Source of the DNA: Camelus dromedarius
Taxonomy: Eukaryota
Reading direction: 5' to 3'
Length of the DNA: 64,000 nt
Assembly (NCBI RefSeq): GCF_036321535.1
Contig: NC_087436.1
Span: 121,336,001-121,400,000 of the forward strand
The position numbers and the translations under genes are program-made. The notes under the pieces are model-generated. The model was not told where the DNA came from. It was given only the letters and a program-made list of their open reading frames with translations, and did no database searches. This document shows, in pieces, positions 14,243-29,808 of this stretch (position 1 is the stretch's first letter; each line of letters starts with the position of its first letter).

Positions 14243-15443
14243 CGCCGCCCCACCTAGGGACTCGCCACGACTGCTGGCTGAGGGCCTCGCCTCACTCTGC
14301 AAAACCACAGAGGCCGTTCGGCCCGCACCCTCCCTAGACAGGGTCCTGCAGTCCCTGCGGGAGGACAGTGCCAGGCTCCTCCTCCCGCCCACACCAAGCC
14401 AAGGCCTCCAGACACCACCAGGACCCTCGGGAGGGTGCTGCTCCCACAACCCTGGGGCAATGTCTCTAGACAAGCTTTGGAATGCTGATGCTGCACCAGG
14501 CGGCACAGGCCGAGGCCTTAGGCCACATCCTGAGGGAGACCACACCACCACTGCAGCCCAGCGTCACCCGGCCTAAGCCTCTTTTTAAAAAACAATGATT
14601 CCTCATTGGGTTTCCTGACAACACAACACTTGCCTGTGGGGATCCAGGCCTGAGCACAAAGGCACAATTACCAGCAGCTGAAACTCCCGCAAAGACGAAA
14701 GGCCCCTTCAAGTCCAGCTGCTGTCACGTCCCTCTCCACACCCAGAGAGCACACATTTTGAAGAGCTGTGCTCATGGAGGAGCGCCAACGGACTCACTGT
14801 CCCTGTTCCCTGGATGGTGGCACCAGCGCTGAAGGCCAACCAGGAAGGATGACACCTGCCTGGGCCTTGGCTCAGAGGGAGAAATTCTAGAGGGGAGCAG
14901 TCGGGAAGGAGGTGAGGGTCAGGGCCCCCATAGAGACAGCAGCTCAGGCCCCACGTCTGTCCAGTCCCGGCTGGTCAGGAGCAAGTACCTAATGCCCGGC
15001 CTTGGCCTCCTCAGGCAGATGGGGTCACATTTTTAATACACTTTAAGAAATAGCAGAGCCCACGGTAAGTACTTCATGTGGCTACATGACATCCATTCAG
15101 CAACACGTGTGCTGACCGGAGCACAGACACAGGCAGGTCCTGACCAACCAGGGCACAAGGAAGGAGGGCTCAGAAGAAGGCCTGCCTGGCCCCGCGCTCA
15201 GAACAGACCCGCGTCCAGCTCTAGGGGTGGGAGGGCAGGGTCCCGGGAGGAGGCTCTGTCACCTGGGCAGCACAGGGTCTGCAGCACTTGAAGACGGGAA
15301 AAGGGCGCTGCGGGTTGTGGGTGACGGTGCAGGAGTTGTCGGCCAGGACCCCTCGGCCACGTGGAGCCCATGCGGGGACGGCACTGTGACAACCTGAGGA
15401 CCTGGTGGTACAACTGTGACAACCTGAGCCCCACACAGGCTCA

Positions 15444-16253
<810 letters not shown>

Positions 16254-17134
16254 TCAGCTGGGTGTGAAGGCCCCTGATCTGACGCGCGTGGGGGGCTGGG
16301 GCAGCCCCTCCGCCAGGCCACAGGAGTCAGCAAAGCGGCTGAAGGAGGTCCTAGGTGGGTGGACGCCTGAAAGCCTCTGGGTCACAAGGTCAAAACCATT
16401 TCCCAGAGACACTAAGACCTGCTGGCTCGTCTCTCCTGCGCCCTCCCAGCCGCACGCTGGCGTTCCCTAGGCGTCACCTGATACAGACTGAATGCAGAGC
16501 AGATGGGAGCAGCCAGCTGACTTCTGATGAGCCAGACGTGAAAGAGACTTGCAAAAATGTACAACAAGGCTCTTCTCATTACTTAAATTTGTTTTAAATA
16601 GTAATTGTTACTACTTTTATTTTTAAGTGAATAACTCCTTGTTTTCAATTTAAGATCTTTAGCAGTGCTTGCCGCTTGTTGACTTTTTTGAATCAATTTG
16701 TAACTTACATTGCAAATTAAAATTACAGTTCTTAAAAGAATCTCAACTTAACCAGATCTGAAACAACTTAAAAACCTTTAAAGGAATATTGAGAAAAACA
16801 GACTTTTTAAAAAAAAAACTTCGTCATTACCAAAAAGAGACATCTTTAGGCAGAAAACAAAACCCTGTGCTGCACAGAGAGCGAGGATGGTCGGTCACCG
16901 GGCACTCTCCTTTTGGCCGAGCCGAGTGACCCAGAGAGGCCAGCGCTGGGTAAGGAGCTGTTTTAAAACACCTCCCAATTCTGCAAGCACTGGTGGGTGT
17001 CACCCCAGGAACCAGCGCTCTCTGGGGTCCCCACTAATCTCAAGGGTGGAAAGGACTCGCCAGGCCGACTGCTGGAGAACCACCGCTCCACATCAACGCT
17101 CCTCCGGGGCTGGCGGTCGGGGGGCCGCTGCTCA

Positions 17135-17622
<488 letters not shown>

Positions 17623-18599
17623 TCAGCGCTCAGGGCCAGGCAGCGGGTTCCTTGAGGCTGGGCCACTGAGCTGCAGGTACGGCCCGAGGCCCGAGGCGAG
17701 TGGGCCCCCACCACCTAGCAGGGCTCATCCAGACCCAGGGGTTCTGGGCAGATGGGGGAGCAGGGCTGGAGAGTTCCGCCTTGGGGACTAAAGACCCAGA
17801 ATGAGGGGCAGTCAGCCACACAGGTGCGGCTGAGGAGTCTCTAAGAAAGGACACTTCCACTCCTGAGGGACATCAGAATAAGGAGTTGGCAAAAACTGAA
17901 ACCGAACGTGGGATTTCTTTTCAAAACTGGCCCTCTCGCTGGTAGTCATTTATGGTAACCCCATTTTTCTGAATTGTTTGCTCCCTACAGATGCCAAAGG
18001 GTGATGCGCTTATCCCGAGAGGGCAGGGTAGGGAGTCGCTTGGGCCCCTGGGGGAGAACCTAAGGGGGGCAGCACGGTGTGGGAACAGAGCCCTGCTTGC
18101 TAAGGGGACCAGCACGGTGCTGAGAGGAAGCCCGTGTTAACAGCAGCACCCAGCCTCAGCCCAGTGCCACACTGAACCCTCCCCGCCCGACTGTCCCCAC
18201 TTTTCTGGAGGAACTGGATGCAGTGTACAGTGACCTTCCCAGTAAACGTCAACCTGGCGACCTGGCACCAGGAGCCACCACCCCCGCCGCACCGGCTGTG
18301 CCACCGCGCCTCCCACCAGGCCGGCCGCTGGGATGTCCCCTCCGACGGCTCCACGTCCTCCCACGTCCTCCCACGTCCCCCTTTCTCCCCACAGACCGAC
18401 GCTCACTCGCTGCTCCACTTACGCTTATCATTACAGACGGAAAGCACCTTAGAGCCTCCTGGGACTGAAGAATGTTAAGTAAAACAAATTAAAGCAAACC
18501 TTCCTCCTATTTATAAATGCATTCAAGCTTCCTCCAGACGGAAACCGGCCCAACGAGCCGAGGGCAGGCAGCAGAGGAAAAGGGGGCGGCGAGGCTGAC

Positions 18600-18682
18600 C
18601 TGGCCAAGCAAGTAGCCCGTGCTCCCCAGCTCCCGCTCGGGGTTGATCTGCAGCAGGAGCTTGTCGTGGCTGACGAGGGCAC
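18600..18682 (-). CDS. HTT: HTT exon 57 ([19 protein letters not shown]...LGQ)
   Basis: 83 nt, AG/GT boundaries, peptide match. Confidence 0.95.
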
Positions 18683-19501
18683 CTGTGGGGCGACAGTGCA
18701 GTCAGTGCCACCCCCGGCCACCAGGGCTGCGTCCCGCCCTGCCTGGTCCGGCCCCAGGAGCTCAGGGCTTCCTCTGTTGCTCCATGACCATCAGGTGGGA
18801 AGGACCAGTGGAGCAGCGGTGACTCAACTGTCATTTCTTCTCCACGACAAACCAGCTTCAGACCCTAAACGGGAACCGGCTGTGGGCTGAGCTACAAAAG
18901 CCTAAGAGTGAGTAGCTGTGGATGAAGCAGCCACCCAGCTGGTGAGCCCCTGGGGCCAGAGGGCGAGTCTGTGGTCAGCACCTCCCGGAACTGGCCTCGG
19001 TGACCGGACTGTCCAGTCGAGCCCACCAGGAGCAAGGTGTAGGCTGACCATCTTCCCACGAACCCCTCACTGTCTTTCACACCCTCCATGCCCCCAAGTG
19101 ACCCCTCACTTCCTTCTGCCAGGCACCATTTTGCCCTCCAACCTCGCCAGCACCAAGATGCCCTCTTCCAAGAGGCCTGCCCCTCCCCCCAAAGGCACGG
19201 GCTCTCCCCAGCGTTCCTCGTCCCGTGCCCCCTCTGCACCTGCCCTCCTGCCTCTGCGCTGGCCAGTGACGCCACCTGTCATCTCTTCCATCAGCCATAA
19301 GCTCCTCGAGGGCCCACACCATCCAGGGTCGCGGCCCTCAGTTTAATTAGATGCCCGTCAAAGCCTGGGGCGCACACACCGCCTTTCCACAGAGTAGCTC
19401 TTCCAGGCAGAGCTTTCAAGACGCTTAAGCCTGCAGGATCTAACAACTCCTAATAAAACCTCAGGAATCACAAAACTCCAGGCTAAAATACTGTTTGTTC
19501 A

Positions 19502-20290
<789 letters not shown>

Positions 20291-20408
20291 CTAGGCAGCA
20301 CGTGCAGGGGCCTTGTTTTTAAGCTTGGCAGCAGAGGAAAGGGCGCCCTGGCGCCCCTCTGCCCCCACCACGGCGGGGCCCTGGAGACATGCAGCAACGC
20401 GGGCGAAC

Positions 20409-20563
20409 CTGGTGTCCAGGGCTTTCAGGGGCTTGTTCCGGGGCTGCTGTTCCAAGCAGCTCACGGCTGGGTTGCCGGCCACGGGCACAGTCATCGCGCT
20501 CAGCACCAGGGAGGTGATGGCCTGCACGGCCAGGACGTGGATCTGGGTCCTCTCCGTGTCTTC
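20409..20563 (-). CDS. HTT: HTT exon 55 ([13 protein letters not shown]...ALDTR)
   Basis: 155 nt, AG/GT boundaries, peptide match. Confidence 0.96.
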
Positions 20564-21137
20564 CTGGAAGGGAGCCCACACGTCACCTGGTTGTGACGCC
20601 AACGACCACCGCTGCCCACCTGCAGGCAGATGCTGCAGGCCATGGCTGTCAGGCCACCTGGCCTTGCACGCAGGGGCCCCGTGTGCCACGGAGGGACATG
20701 CCTTCCCGGCCATGGTCCTATTCTGTCTGCGTTAAGTTCATCAGAGCTGTGACTGGAAGTGAATCTCATGGGCAAACGCCTGCTTTTCAAAGCAAGGTCT
20801 CCTATGGCACAGACCTCCAAATATGAACTACTTTTAAAGAAAAAGTCCCTGACATCCTCACTGATTTTAGGGGCTTTGCATTTGACAACCTGTTAGCTTC
20901 TACACCTGTGAAAGACAATCTCGGGGACTTCTGACATGCCTCCTCTCTGCAAAGCAGCGAAGGCAAACGAGCCCAGGCACGTGCGCGCAGCCTCCACAGC
21001 GCACCTCGCGTCTGGATGAGATGTTGAAACCGCTGCGCCCCAACACTGGGAAGCAGAATGTGATCTGCTTGGTGGTAAATGTGCTCCAGCCGCAGGCGCC
21101 TGAGGGCCCCCGGGCCGGGGTGCTCGCTCCTGCTTCA

Positions 21138-21392
<255 letters not shown>

Positions 21393-22885
21393 TTAGGCAG
21401 AGTCCCCTGGCTCACACTGCTGGACACGTCATGGCAGCGGGGCTGCCAGCTTTCGTGCACAGCAGCTCCCTCAATCCTCACGACAGCGCTGGGATGTGGC
21501 CACAATGCCAGCCTCGCCCAGGTGGCCTGGTGGAGAGGTGCCTTCTCAATCCCCGCTGTGTGGACTCGGAGGAGTAAAGGGGCGTCTCGCACTGGGTGCA
21601 GACTCGGGGCACACACCACTGCACAGCACGCTGGGTGGTGGAGTGTGTGTCACGGAAGCTCCGCGTGCAAGGCAAGCAAGTTAAAGCAAGGGCTCCTCTG
21701 ACGCCGTCTGGAAGGGCAGCAGGTGGGAAAGGCCTGTCACTGGCGGGACGGCGAGGGGGCTTTGGGGAAGGCGCCCGACAGGCATCCTCGGCGCCAGCAC
21801 GAGCTGAGCTCAAGTGCTGTTCCACACACGGTGCTGAGGGCTGCGCTAACGTTTCCACTCATCACCGTGGGGGTGGGGGTGCCACGCCACCTGCATTCGG
21901 GTTACAAGTGACAAGAATGGGGGTGCTGACAGGGAAACCAAAGTGTCAGACTTCAGGGTGTTCTTGGTAACCTGGGTGTAGACTGACTCAGACACAGACT
22001 CAGCTACAGAGACAGACAGGACAGCAGGGCACAGATGCAGACAGACCAACGTGACGGTCTACACAGAACAAAAGAGGACAAGGAACAAGGACGACGGCAA
22101 AGGCGACACCAGGAAAAGACCGCAGGGCCGTCCGGGGCCTGCAGGTATGGCTGACGGCTCCAGCGTGGGGACGCCGAGGGCGGACAAGAGAGCTGGTGTC
22201 AAGCTGGGGTGGGGAACCAGGAGGCTGCCTGGGGACACTCTCGGGAGAAGGAAGAAGGAAAGCCTCGAGAGGGAGACGCACCAGACTGCTGCTCAGACAT
22301 TCTGAACAGGGAGGAATCGTCTGCTTGACTTAAGGGAAAAGCAGGGGCACAAGGTGTCTGCTGCCTGAACCTTCCAGGATCAAAGCAAGCACAGACCCGC
22401 AGGAGCCGGAAGAGGGGGGCCGGCCGGACGTGGAGTCAGCGCGCCCACGCTGCGCTCAGGGACAACCGGGCTGAGAAATGTCCGACAGGGCGGAGCCACA
22501 GGGGATCCACCGATGGCAACCCCCACATGCGCCGGGCCATACCTCCAGCCATAAGGTGGGGACAAACCTTTACACCCAGCTGCGGAAAGCAGAGAAGCAT
22601 CCTGATGGGAAACCAGTGATGCTACCGCTTCCTGAGGCGCTGTGTTAGATGCATCTTTTAATTTCTAAATCTGCAGCAGTTCCATGAAACTGGCACAGTC
22701 CCCACTTCCCAGATGACAAAGCCGGGGGTGTCTCCCAGAGGCTAAGAAGACCTGCCCTGCCACGCAGAGCCCAGCGCGGTCTCCCTAGAGCCCACCTCCC
22801 TCGGCCCACGCTGGCTCCCGCCCCCCCGGCTGCTGGTCCTGCCCACGAGAGAAGGGGTGTCGGTGGTCACATAAGGAGGCGCTCA

Positions 22886-23320
<435 letters not shown>

Positions 23321-24479
23321 CTAAGAGGATGAGAAAGGAACAGTAGACAGAGTCAAGTCAGGAAGACTGGATTGTGAGGAAGACAAGAAAACACTCTTGA
23401 AGCACAGCCTCCCTCCCGAGGCCACCGCCTCTTGGACACAGACACTCCCAAAAGCCAGTAGGTGTGCCTCCCACACCTGCCGCCAGCACCACGCGTGCTG
23501 GGTTCTCAGCTGCCTCCAACCGTTAGAGGCTGGCAGGTGTCAGGACAAGCTCCACTGTGTGCAGAGACGTTGCTGGGGGCAGCACAGGACGAGCCAGGCC
23601 GCCCACAGCTGTCACACTGAGTCAGCGTTGCCCAGGCTCCCACGAGCACAGGAACGGAAGGCCAGCCGGAGGCAGCAGGAGGCGCTGGGCTCCACACTCG
23701 CCCATAGCTCCCTGCTCCCGGGTCATCACGCCGCTGGGCTTTTCCTCAGAATGAGCCCCTGAGTGGGAACTTTCACCTCCCACAGCAAAGCCCCCTTCAC
23801 ATCGCCTCCCCGGCATGCCTGCAGAACCTTCCACACGCACAGGGGCTGCGCCCTTTCCAGGCAGTGACAAGGGCCTTCCTCCCGGCCCTGCTGGCCTGCC
23901 CCCGCTGGCTCCAGCCCCGCACAGGGCAGCCCACCGCCCTGTCTCCCCCATTCAGCAGCTGCCCCGGGACAGGCCAGCCCAGCTCCCTCTCAGCCCTCGC
24001 CCTGCCCACCCAGGCTCTGTGACCTGAAGCCAGGTTTATTAACGACACCCACCTGAACCTCACCCTGAAGACTTTCAAAGAGCAGTCAAGCTGCAAAAGC
24101 GGCTAAAACCCACGAGCACTCCCAAAGGTGACTACTTACAGGGGACCCTCGCCCGAGGGGTGGAATTTCTGCTCCCCCATGAAACATATTAGTCAAACGG
24201 CCTTAGAATCACAGCCGGCGCCCTCGGAGGTGAAGTCTTATCTCATGATGGAACGCCTCACCTCGTTTTAGAAAACTGAGTATTTCTACTAACTGCCAAG
24301 ACACTTCACGCCCGAGGGAACCAGGCAGGTGTCAAGGCTGCACGTGGCAAATGCTCTGGCCGCCACAAACGGGCACCTGAGCAGACAAGACCTGGCTTCA
24401 GCCTCCAGCACCCCCGAGCCCGTGGCTTCCTATGAGCCCCCCAGATCTCGCGCTTCTGTGAAGGGGGGCCCAGACTTAC

Positions 24480-24667
24480 CAGGGGCGGGACGCGCGTGTA
24501 GCTGTTCACCAGGGGCAGGCGGGCCAGGCTGACGACGATGTTCCGGAGCACTGGCGTGAGGAACGCCGGGGTGCTGCGGCTCCTTTCATGACCCAAGGCC
24601 AACACCGACGGCAGGGACTCCACCATCTCAGCCACCATCACACAGGCGGCAGTAACACACTGAGGAG
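24480..24667 (-). CDS. HTT: HTT exon 52 (includes NES-like [10 protein letters not shown])
   Basis: 188 nt, AG/GT boundaries, peptide match. Confidence 0.96.
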
Positions 24668-25549
24668 CTGAAAACACACATGTGGTTAAGACAGGAACAC
24701 ACCCCAGGACTGCCGCCTCCCCTCCCAGTCTCCCCAGCCTCCCACCACCACCTCACCAGGGACGTGGAGGCCCCGAGGATTCCAGCTGCTGGCTGACGGC
24801 TGGCACACCCTCCCGCCTTCATCCCGTCCAAAAAAGCAGTCCTCCCAAGTCTGCCAGGACTCCTGCCGTCCCCTTGAACTGGGTCCCAGTGCTCTGGCTT
24901 CTCTGGTTCCCCAGGACCCTGTGCTGGTCACTACGCTGGTGCGCAGAGAACATGTTACAATCACTGGTCATGGTTCCCCAAGACTGCAGTTCTCGTGGCT
25001 GGTGGAGGGGTTCTGATGGGACTCTGGGTCCCACCCGGGAAGTCATGAGGCAGAATGCTGAGAAAACCCCACGTCCCGAGGTGAGAAGCACTGCACCTCA
25101 AGTGCAGGGACGGCTGCTTACTCCCTTTGAGTCTGGCTCAGAGTGTGTGCCAAAGAGTGACTTGCTGAGCTGACAAATGAGGAGGGTCGTGGGTGGGCAG
25201 TGTCCACGTCCACGAGATTCAGCAGTACAGACAACTTCCTCCCAGAGAGAAGGAATTTCCGCTGGACTTAAGGAACTGAGCCCCAAACTAAGAGACACGA
25301 GGGTGGCTTGAATAAGACTTAAGGGATCATCTTTAAGACGTATCATCCCATCAAGGTGATAAAGCAAGCAAGCTTCTTCCTCTGGCCAGGGTGAAATTAA
25401 CCGGCCTAAACAGGGCCGTGGAGAGCGAGCGCAATTACAGAAACCCACACTGAAGGTGCTCCCGCCAGTGGGCTGGCTGCTCCGACTCAACCTGAGAAAC
25501 GCCTGAACTGTCCTCAGACGGATGGAAGTTCAAACCATAAATGAAATAT

Positions 25550-25760
25550 GGTCTCACTCACTGAGCACCCACGGCAAGCCTGCAGCTTGCCGTGGGTGCT
25601 TTACACGTATTCATTTACATAACGCGGCGCTGGCCCCAGCAGGTGAGTCCTGCCCTTGTCTGCACTACAGACGCACGAGACAGAAGCTCGCTGAGGCCAC
25701 CCAGCCAGAAGGTGGCCAAGCAGGGAGTGAGCATCTGCATGCTCCTCAGGCATTAGCAAG
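25550..25760 (-). mobile_element. MIR relic containing a perfect inverted repeat
   Basis: ctgagcaccc...gtgctttacacgtattcattta...gaggccacccagccagaaggtggc resembles reverse-complement MIR. Confidence 0.55.
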
Positions 25761-26762
25761 AAATCATCCGTCACAAACTAAGGGCTGGCAGAACCGCGCA
25801 GCCTCGAGGTAGACGCCTGGAGGAGAGCTGAGCCAGGCAAGGGGAAGTCACTGCTCTGGACGGCTGTGCGGTCATAGGACCTCGAGCAGAAGCGGGAGGA
25901 AAACTGTGCTTCATCCCGACGACGGGAACGCCGTCAGCACCCGGGACGGCGCCGAGGCGGCAAGACGTACACAGGCTGTAGGTGCACCCGCTACAGAAGC
26001 GCGTTTCTCACACCAGCGGGCCACGGACGGGACCTCGGTACTCCACGTAAGAGTGTCCAAAGACAAGATGGCCCAGAACCACTGGGCGGGCCTTTGCTTC
26101 CCCCTTGGTGGGACAGGCTGCAGGCGGGCCTTCCTGCCAGACCCCCGGGCCAAGAGCCCGGAGGGCCTGGTGACAAGGAGTCACTTGGCCAAGAAGCTTT
26201 CCTCCCAATCTGCCTCGCCACCATTTTCAGAGTAAAATACCTGAATTGGCGGAAAGTACATGAAAAGCTAAGCTACGTGTCTACGTCTGGAATAGGTTTA
26301 CATGAAAGGTGTGGAGTTTTTCCCACAGGGAGAGGAGGAAGCCCACCAGAAAAGAGAGCACCCAGGCCCCTAACGCTCTCTAGCTTCAGCTCCTCCGTGC
26401 TCCCACGTGTTCACCCTTCCCTCCGTACAGACACTGCCCGCGGCGCACAGCAGGGGCAACGCGGACCGGAACAGAGTCTCAGGCAAAGACATGCAAGCGG
26501 GAGGTGTAGGGGGGTGGGGGGTGCCTGGTGGTGGGAAGACTGGGCGTCCCGGGTGTCGCAGGGCACGGGAGCAGGTGCCGGGCCGTGCAAGGCAGTGTCT
26601 GTGGTCGCCCTCCAGCTTGGGGACCAGTGACAGAATGCACCGAGTTGTGTCAGGTCGGCTCTCCTGTCCAGCGTTCACACTGGCCGCTGTAAGGGCTTCT
26701 TCCATGAATGAATTTCAAGCCCCCAAAGAAACTAGGTCAGAAGAAATGACGCTGAGACTCAC

Positions 26763-26858
26763 TCGGAGCGTCTGAGTCCACTTCGTCCTCTCTGGCAGCC
26801 TTTGGGGTGTTCGTCCTTCCTTCTGGACCAAGAAGCTGGTCCCCAGGCTGCACCACAA
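26763..26858 (-). CDS. HTT: HTT exon 51 (VVQPGDQLLGPEGRTNTPK...)
   Basis: 96 nt, AG/GT boundaries, phase-consistent; appears two codons shorter than recalled human exon. Confidence 0.92.
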
Positions 26859-27835
26859 CTAAAACCGTAACAGAAAAGACAGAAGAATTTTCAAACATTT
26901 TTATCATCTCTTATAATTCAGATCTTCATATTCATGCAGACTTATAACATCTCGAAGCGACAGACTGCATCAAATGAAGGCTAGGTTTCCTAGAATAGAC
27001 TTTACATAATTCTAGACAACACGACTCGATATCAATCTCCAGGTTAATCTGAAATGCACAAGGATTTGGTCTCCACACTTGGACATGCAAGTCCTTCCAC
27101 TGTCCCCAGCTCTTTCCCCAAAGGTTTTTATCGGACAGTTCATGACTCGTTACTGCTAAAAGCACCAATGCAGCCCCCAAGAAGTCTGGCTTTGACAAAT
27201 TACTCCCTGGATCTTGGTCTTCAAGTCGACTACAAATGGCACAGATGAAAACAATTCAAACGAGTCTTCAAAATACCACTCCATAATGTTTAACTTAAAA
27301 ATACAAAGCTTCAAAATACCCTCTAACATGTGAACTGTAATGTCCAATTTTTAAAAATTTTTTGGCTAATGACCGTTGTTAAGGACACTGTCCCTCGAAA
27401 AGAACGGCACTTTTATTTTACGATATGTTAGTGTTACAATGCAGCGCAGAAACAAGCACTTCTAACTATGACAGAAAACAAGTAACCTTTTTACTGTAAT
27501 CGTATTAGTCTTATGATCATTTAGGACTAAAAGGATGAAACGACCAACTAGGACCAGAGATCAAAAGGACACAAATTACAAGTATTTTTATGAAAGCTGG
27601 AACTCCAAAATCTAAATGAATGACTACAAAAGCACATTCAAGCTAAATTCTAGAGCAGACTCCAAGATGCTGGAGATTAAGGCCAGGTCCGTGTTTTATC
27701 CACCTCTCCACCCCCCGGCTCCTAACTCAGCACCTGGCGAGCAGGTGGCACAGAGCAAACAACTGTGGCTCGCTGTTCGGAGCTGACTACTGGTTCCGAT
27801 GACATAGGACAGAAACCCCATGGTCATGGACTCAC

Positions 27836-28013
27836 TGGCTTCCAGGATGAAGCGCACACAGTGGATGAGGGAGCAGGCGTGGGTCACCATCTCCGGAGAG
27901 GAGAGGGCGCTCCAGAGGCTGGGCAGCTGCAGAGCCAGGCAGCAGCAGTCCAGGCCCGCCTGCAGGTCCAAACTCAGTGGGATCCGCTCGTGGACCAAAT
28001 GCCAGGACAGCGC
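27836..28013 (-). CDS. HTT: HTT exon 50 ([18 protein letters not shown]...FILEA)
   Basis: 178 nt, AG/GT boundaries, peptide match. Confidence 0.96.
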
Positions 28014-28344
28014 CTGTGGGGGGAGGGCCTGTTAACGAAGGCTTGGCTCACACCTCTCTCTGGACGCAGGGGCCGTCCGGGAACGGGCCACAGCTCGAGA
28101 GGCCAGCAGTACCTGCTCTTCCAGAGGGATGGCTCTCTCAGCCACCGTCCCCAGCTCTCTTCAGTTCAACCCTCACCCCTGGCTCCCTAAGAGTCTCCAC
28201 CCCGCAGAACAGCCACCCCAATCTGGCCGACCCCCTCCTGCAGCTCTGTGGGCTCCCTCAGCCACCCTCCCCTGGCCGCTAGGCCTGTGGATCAGGCTCT
28301 CCCTCGGCCCCCAGGCCAGGGCCCAGCCTCTGCCACAGAGACAG

Positions 28345-28470
28345 CAGGCTGGGGTTCAGGTGCCGACGGGCTACTTCCCAGTGGGTGAACCTGGGAAGTT
28401 GTTGAACCTCTCTGAGCCCCGCTTCCCTCATCTGTGAAGTGGGAACAGCCTGCCTCCCGGGGCTGGAGTG
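28345..28470 (+). mobile_element. MIR SINE relic
   Basis: gggaagttgttgaacctctctgagccccgcttccctcatctgtgaagtggg matches the MIR core. Confidence 0.75.
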
Positions 28471-29157
28471 AGACCCCAACAGAAGACGCAGGGATAGGGC
28501 TTCACCCCGCACGCAGCGGTCCCTCTGTCCTGTAACCGTACACCTGCTGCAGCGTCCCGCTGCGCTGCTCTCTGGCTCGGCCTGGTGCAAGCAGGCACTT
28601 GCGTGGACGCCTGTGCGAATGCCCCCGACCCCCTCCCTCTCTGCTGTGTAGGGGCAGGCGCAGTCAGGACTGGGTCAGCCGTGTCCTCTGCCCCCCCAGG
28701 ATGCAGGCCAGACCCTCTTTTCCAGAAGTCACAAGAAAAGGCAACAGACCCACAATATGTACACACGTCTGGGGTGTTTACAAGCGTTAACACAGTATTC
28801 AATTCCCCACAGCTGAAATGTCAGGTTAATTGCTCAATTTAAAATACAGTAAATTTCTCAGATTACTATTTTTAAGTATCTTAAAACCAGGATCAACGTT
28901 ATGTTTGCGCTGCTTCTTCCCCTGGAAACGATTTTAAATGGATGGTCTGTGCTGAAATCAAACGCATCCCAGCATCGAGGAAACAGATTCACACGTTGGC
29001 AGTGCCCTGTATTCAAAGACCCCAAAAGGTCTGTACTCATCTCACCACCACTGTGCTTCTCCCGGCCTGAGCCCCCCCCGCCCGACACCCCCCACCCTCC
29101 AGACTCCAGACGGGAGAGCCTTCCTGCCACCCCTCCTTCCATGCAGCTGCCTCTCAC

Positions 29158-29303
29158 CTCGAGAGTCACGACCACAAACTTCACGGTGTCATGCTCCTTC
29201 TCAGGAGGAAGGTGCAAGTGTCCGGGCAGCTTGGGGAAGAGCAGCAGGAACTGGGCCAGGGCCCGGGCCAGCGTGGTCAGGGACCGGTACAGCGTGGCGT
29301 CCC
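29158..29303 (-). CDS. HTT: HTT exon 49 ([15 protein letters not shown]...VVTLE)
   Basis: 146 nt, AG/GT boundaries, peptide match. Confidence 0.96.
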
Positions 29304-29594
29304 CTGAAACACAAGCCTCGGTGGGTTGGCATGCCCTCCCAGGAGAACGCCCGCCACACAGGACCCGAGTTCCCGAGGCCCGGCCTGCGCTCCCCATGGG
29401 CTCCGTGGAGGAGGGACACAGTGGCCCCCGCGCCGGAGGACACGCAGAACTGCGGCCCAGCGCCGGGCCCAGTGACCTCTGGAAACACCGACCATGTGTT
29501 AGATCAACAGCGGTCACTGTTTTCACTCGGTGCAAAGCATGGCACTGGCCCTGCAGCATTTTTATAAAATTAGACAAGTGTTTACTTTAATTAC

Positions 29595-29808
29595 CAAAGA
29601 GATCATCCAGCTTGCTCCAGTAGGTGGTGGGCTCCACGGGCAGAAAGGGCTGGAAAACCTGGTGGGTGTCGGGGAGCTGCTGGACCACACCTGTCACACG
29701 GTCTAGTGTCGCCATGCGGGCCGCTTCAAACAGGGGGCTCTTCTGGCCTCCACGGACCTCGCGCACGCCCAGGCCCAAGCACGGGGCCAGCAAGCTCAGG
29801 TTGAACTC
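29595..29808 (-). CDS. HTT: HTT exon 48 ([12 protein letters not shown]...KLDDLF)
   Basis: 214 nt, AG/GT boundaries, peptide match. Confidence 0.96.

Noticed and set aside
15383..15428. 16-bp direct repeat actgtgacaacctgag with a 14-bp spacer (similar short duplications near 18350, 31255, 50240 and 51193)
   Set aside because: Only 2-5 copies, consistent with ordinary slippage duplications; not CRISPR-like, and the context is eukaryotic
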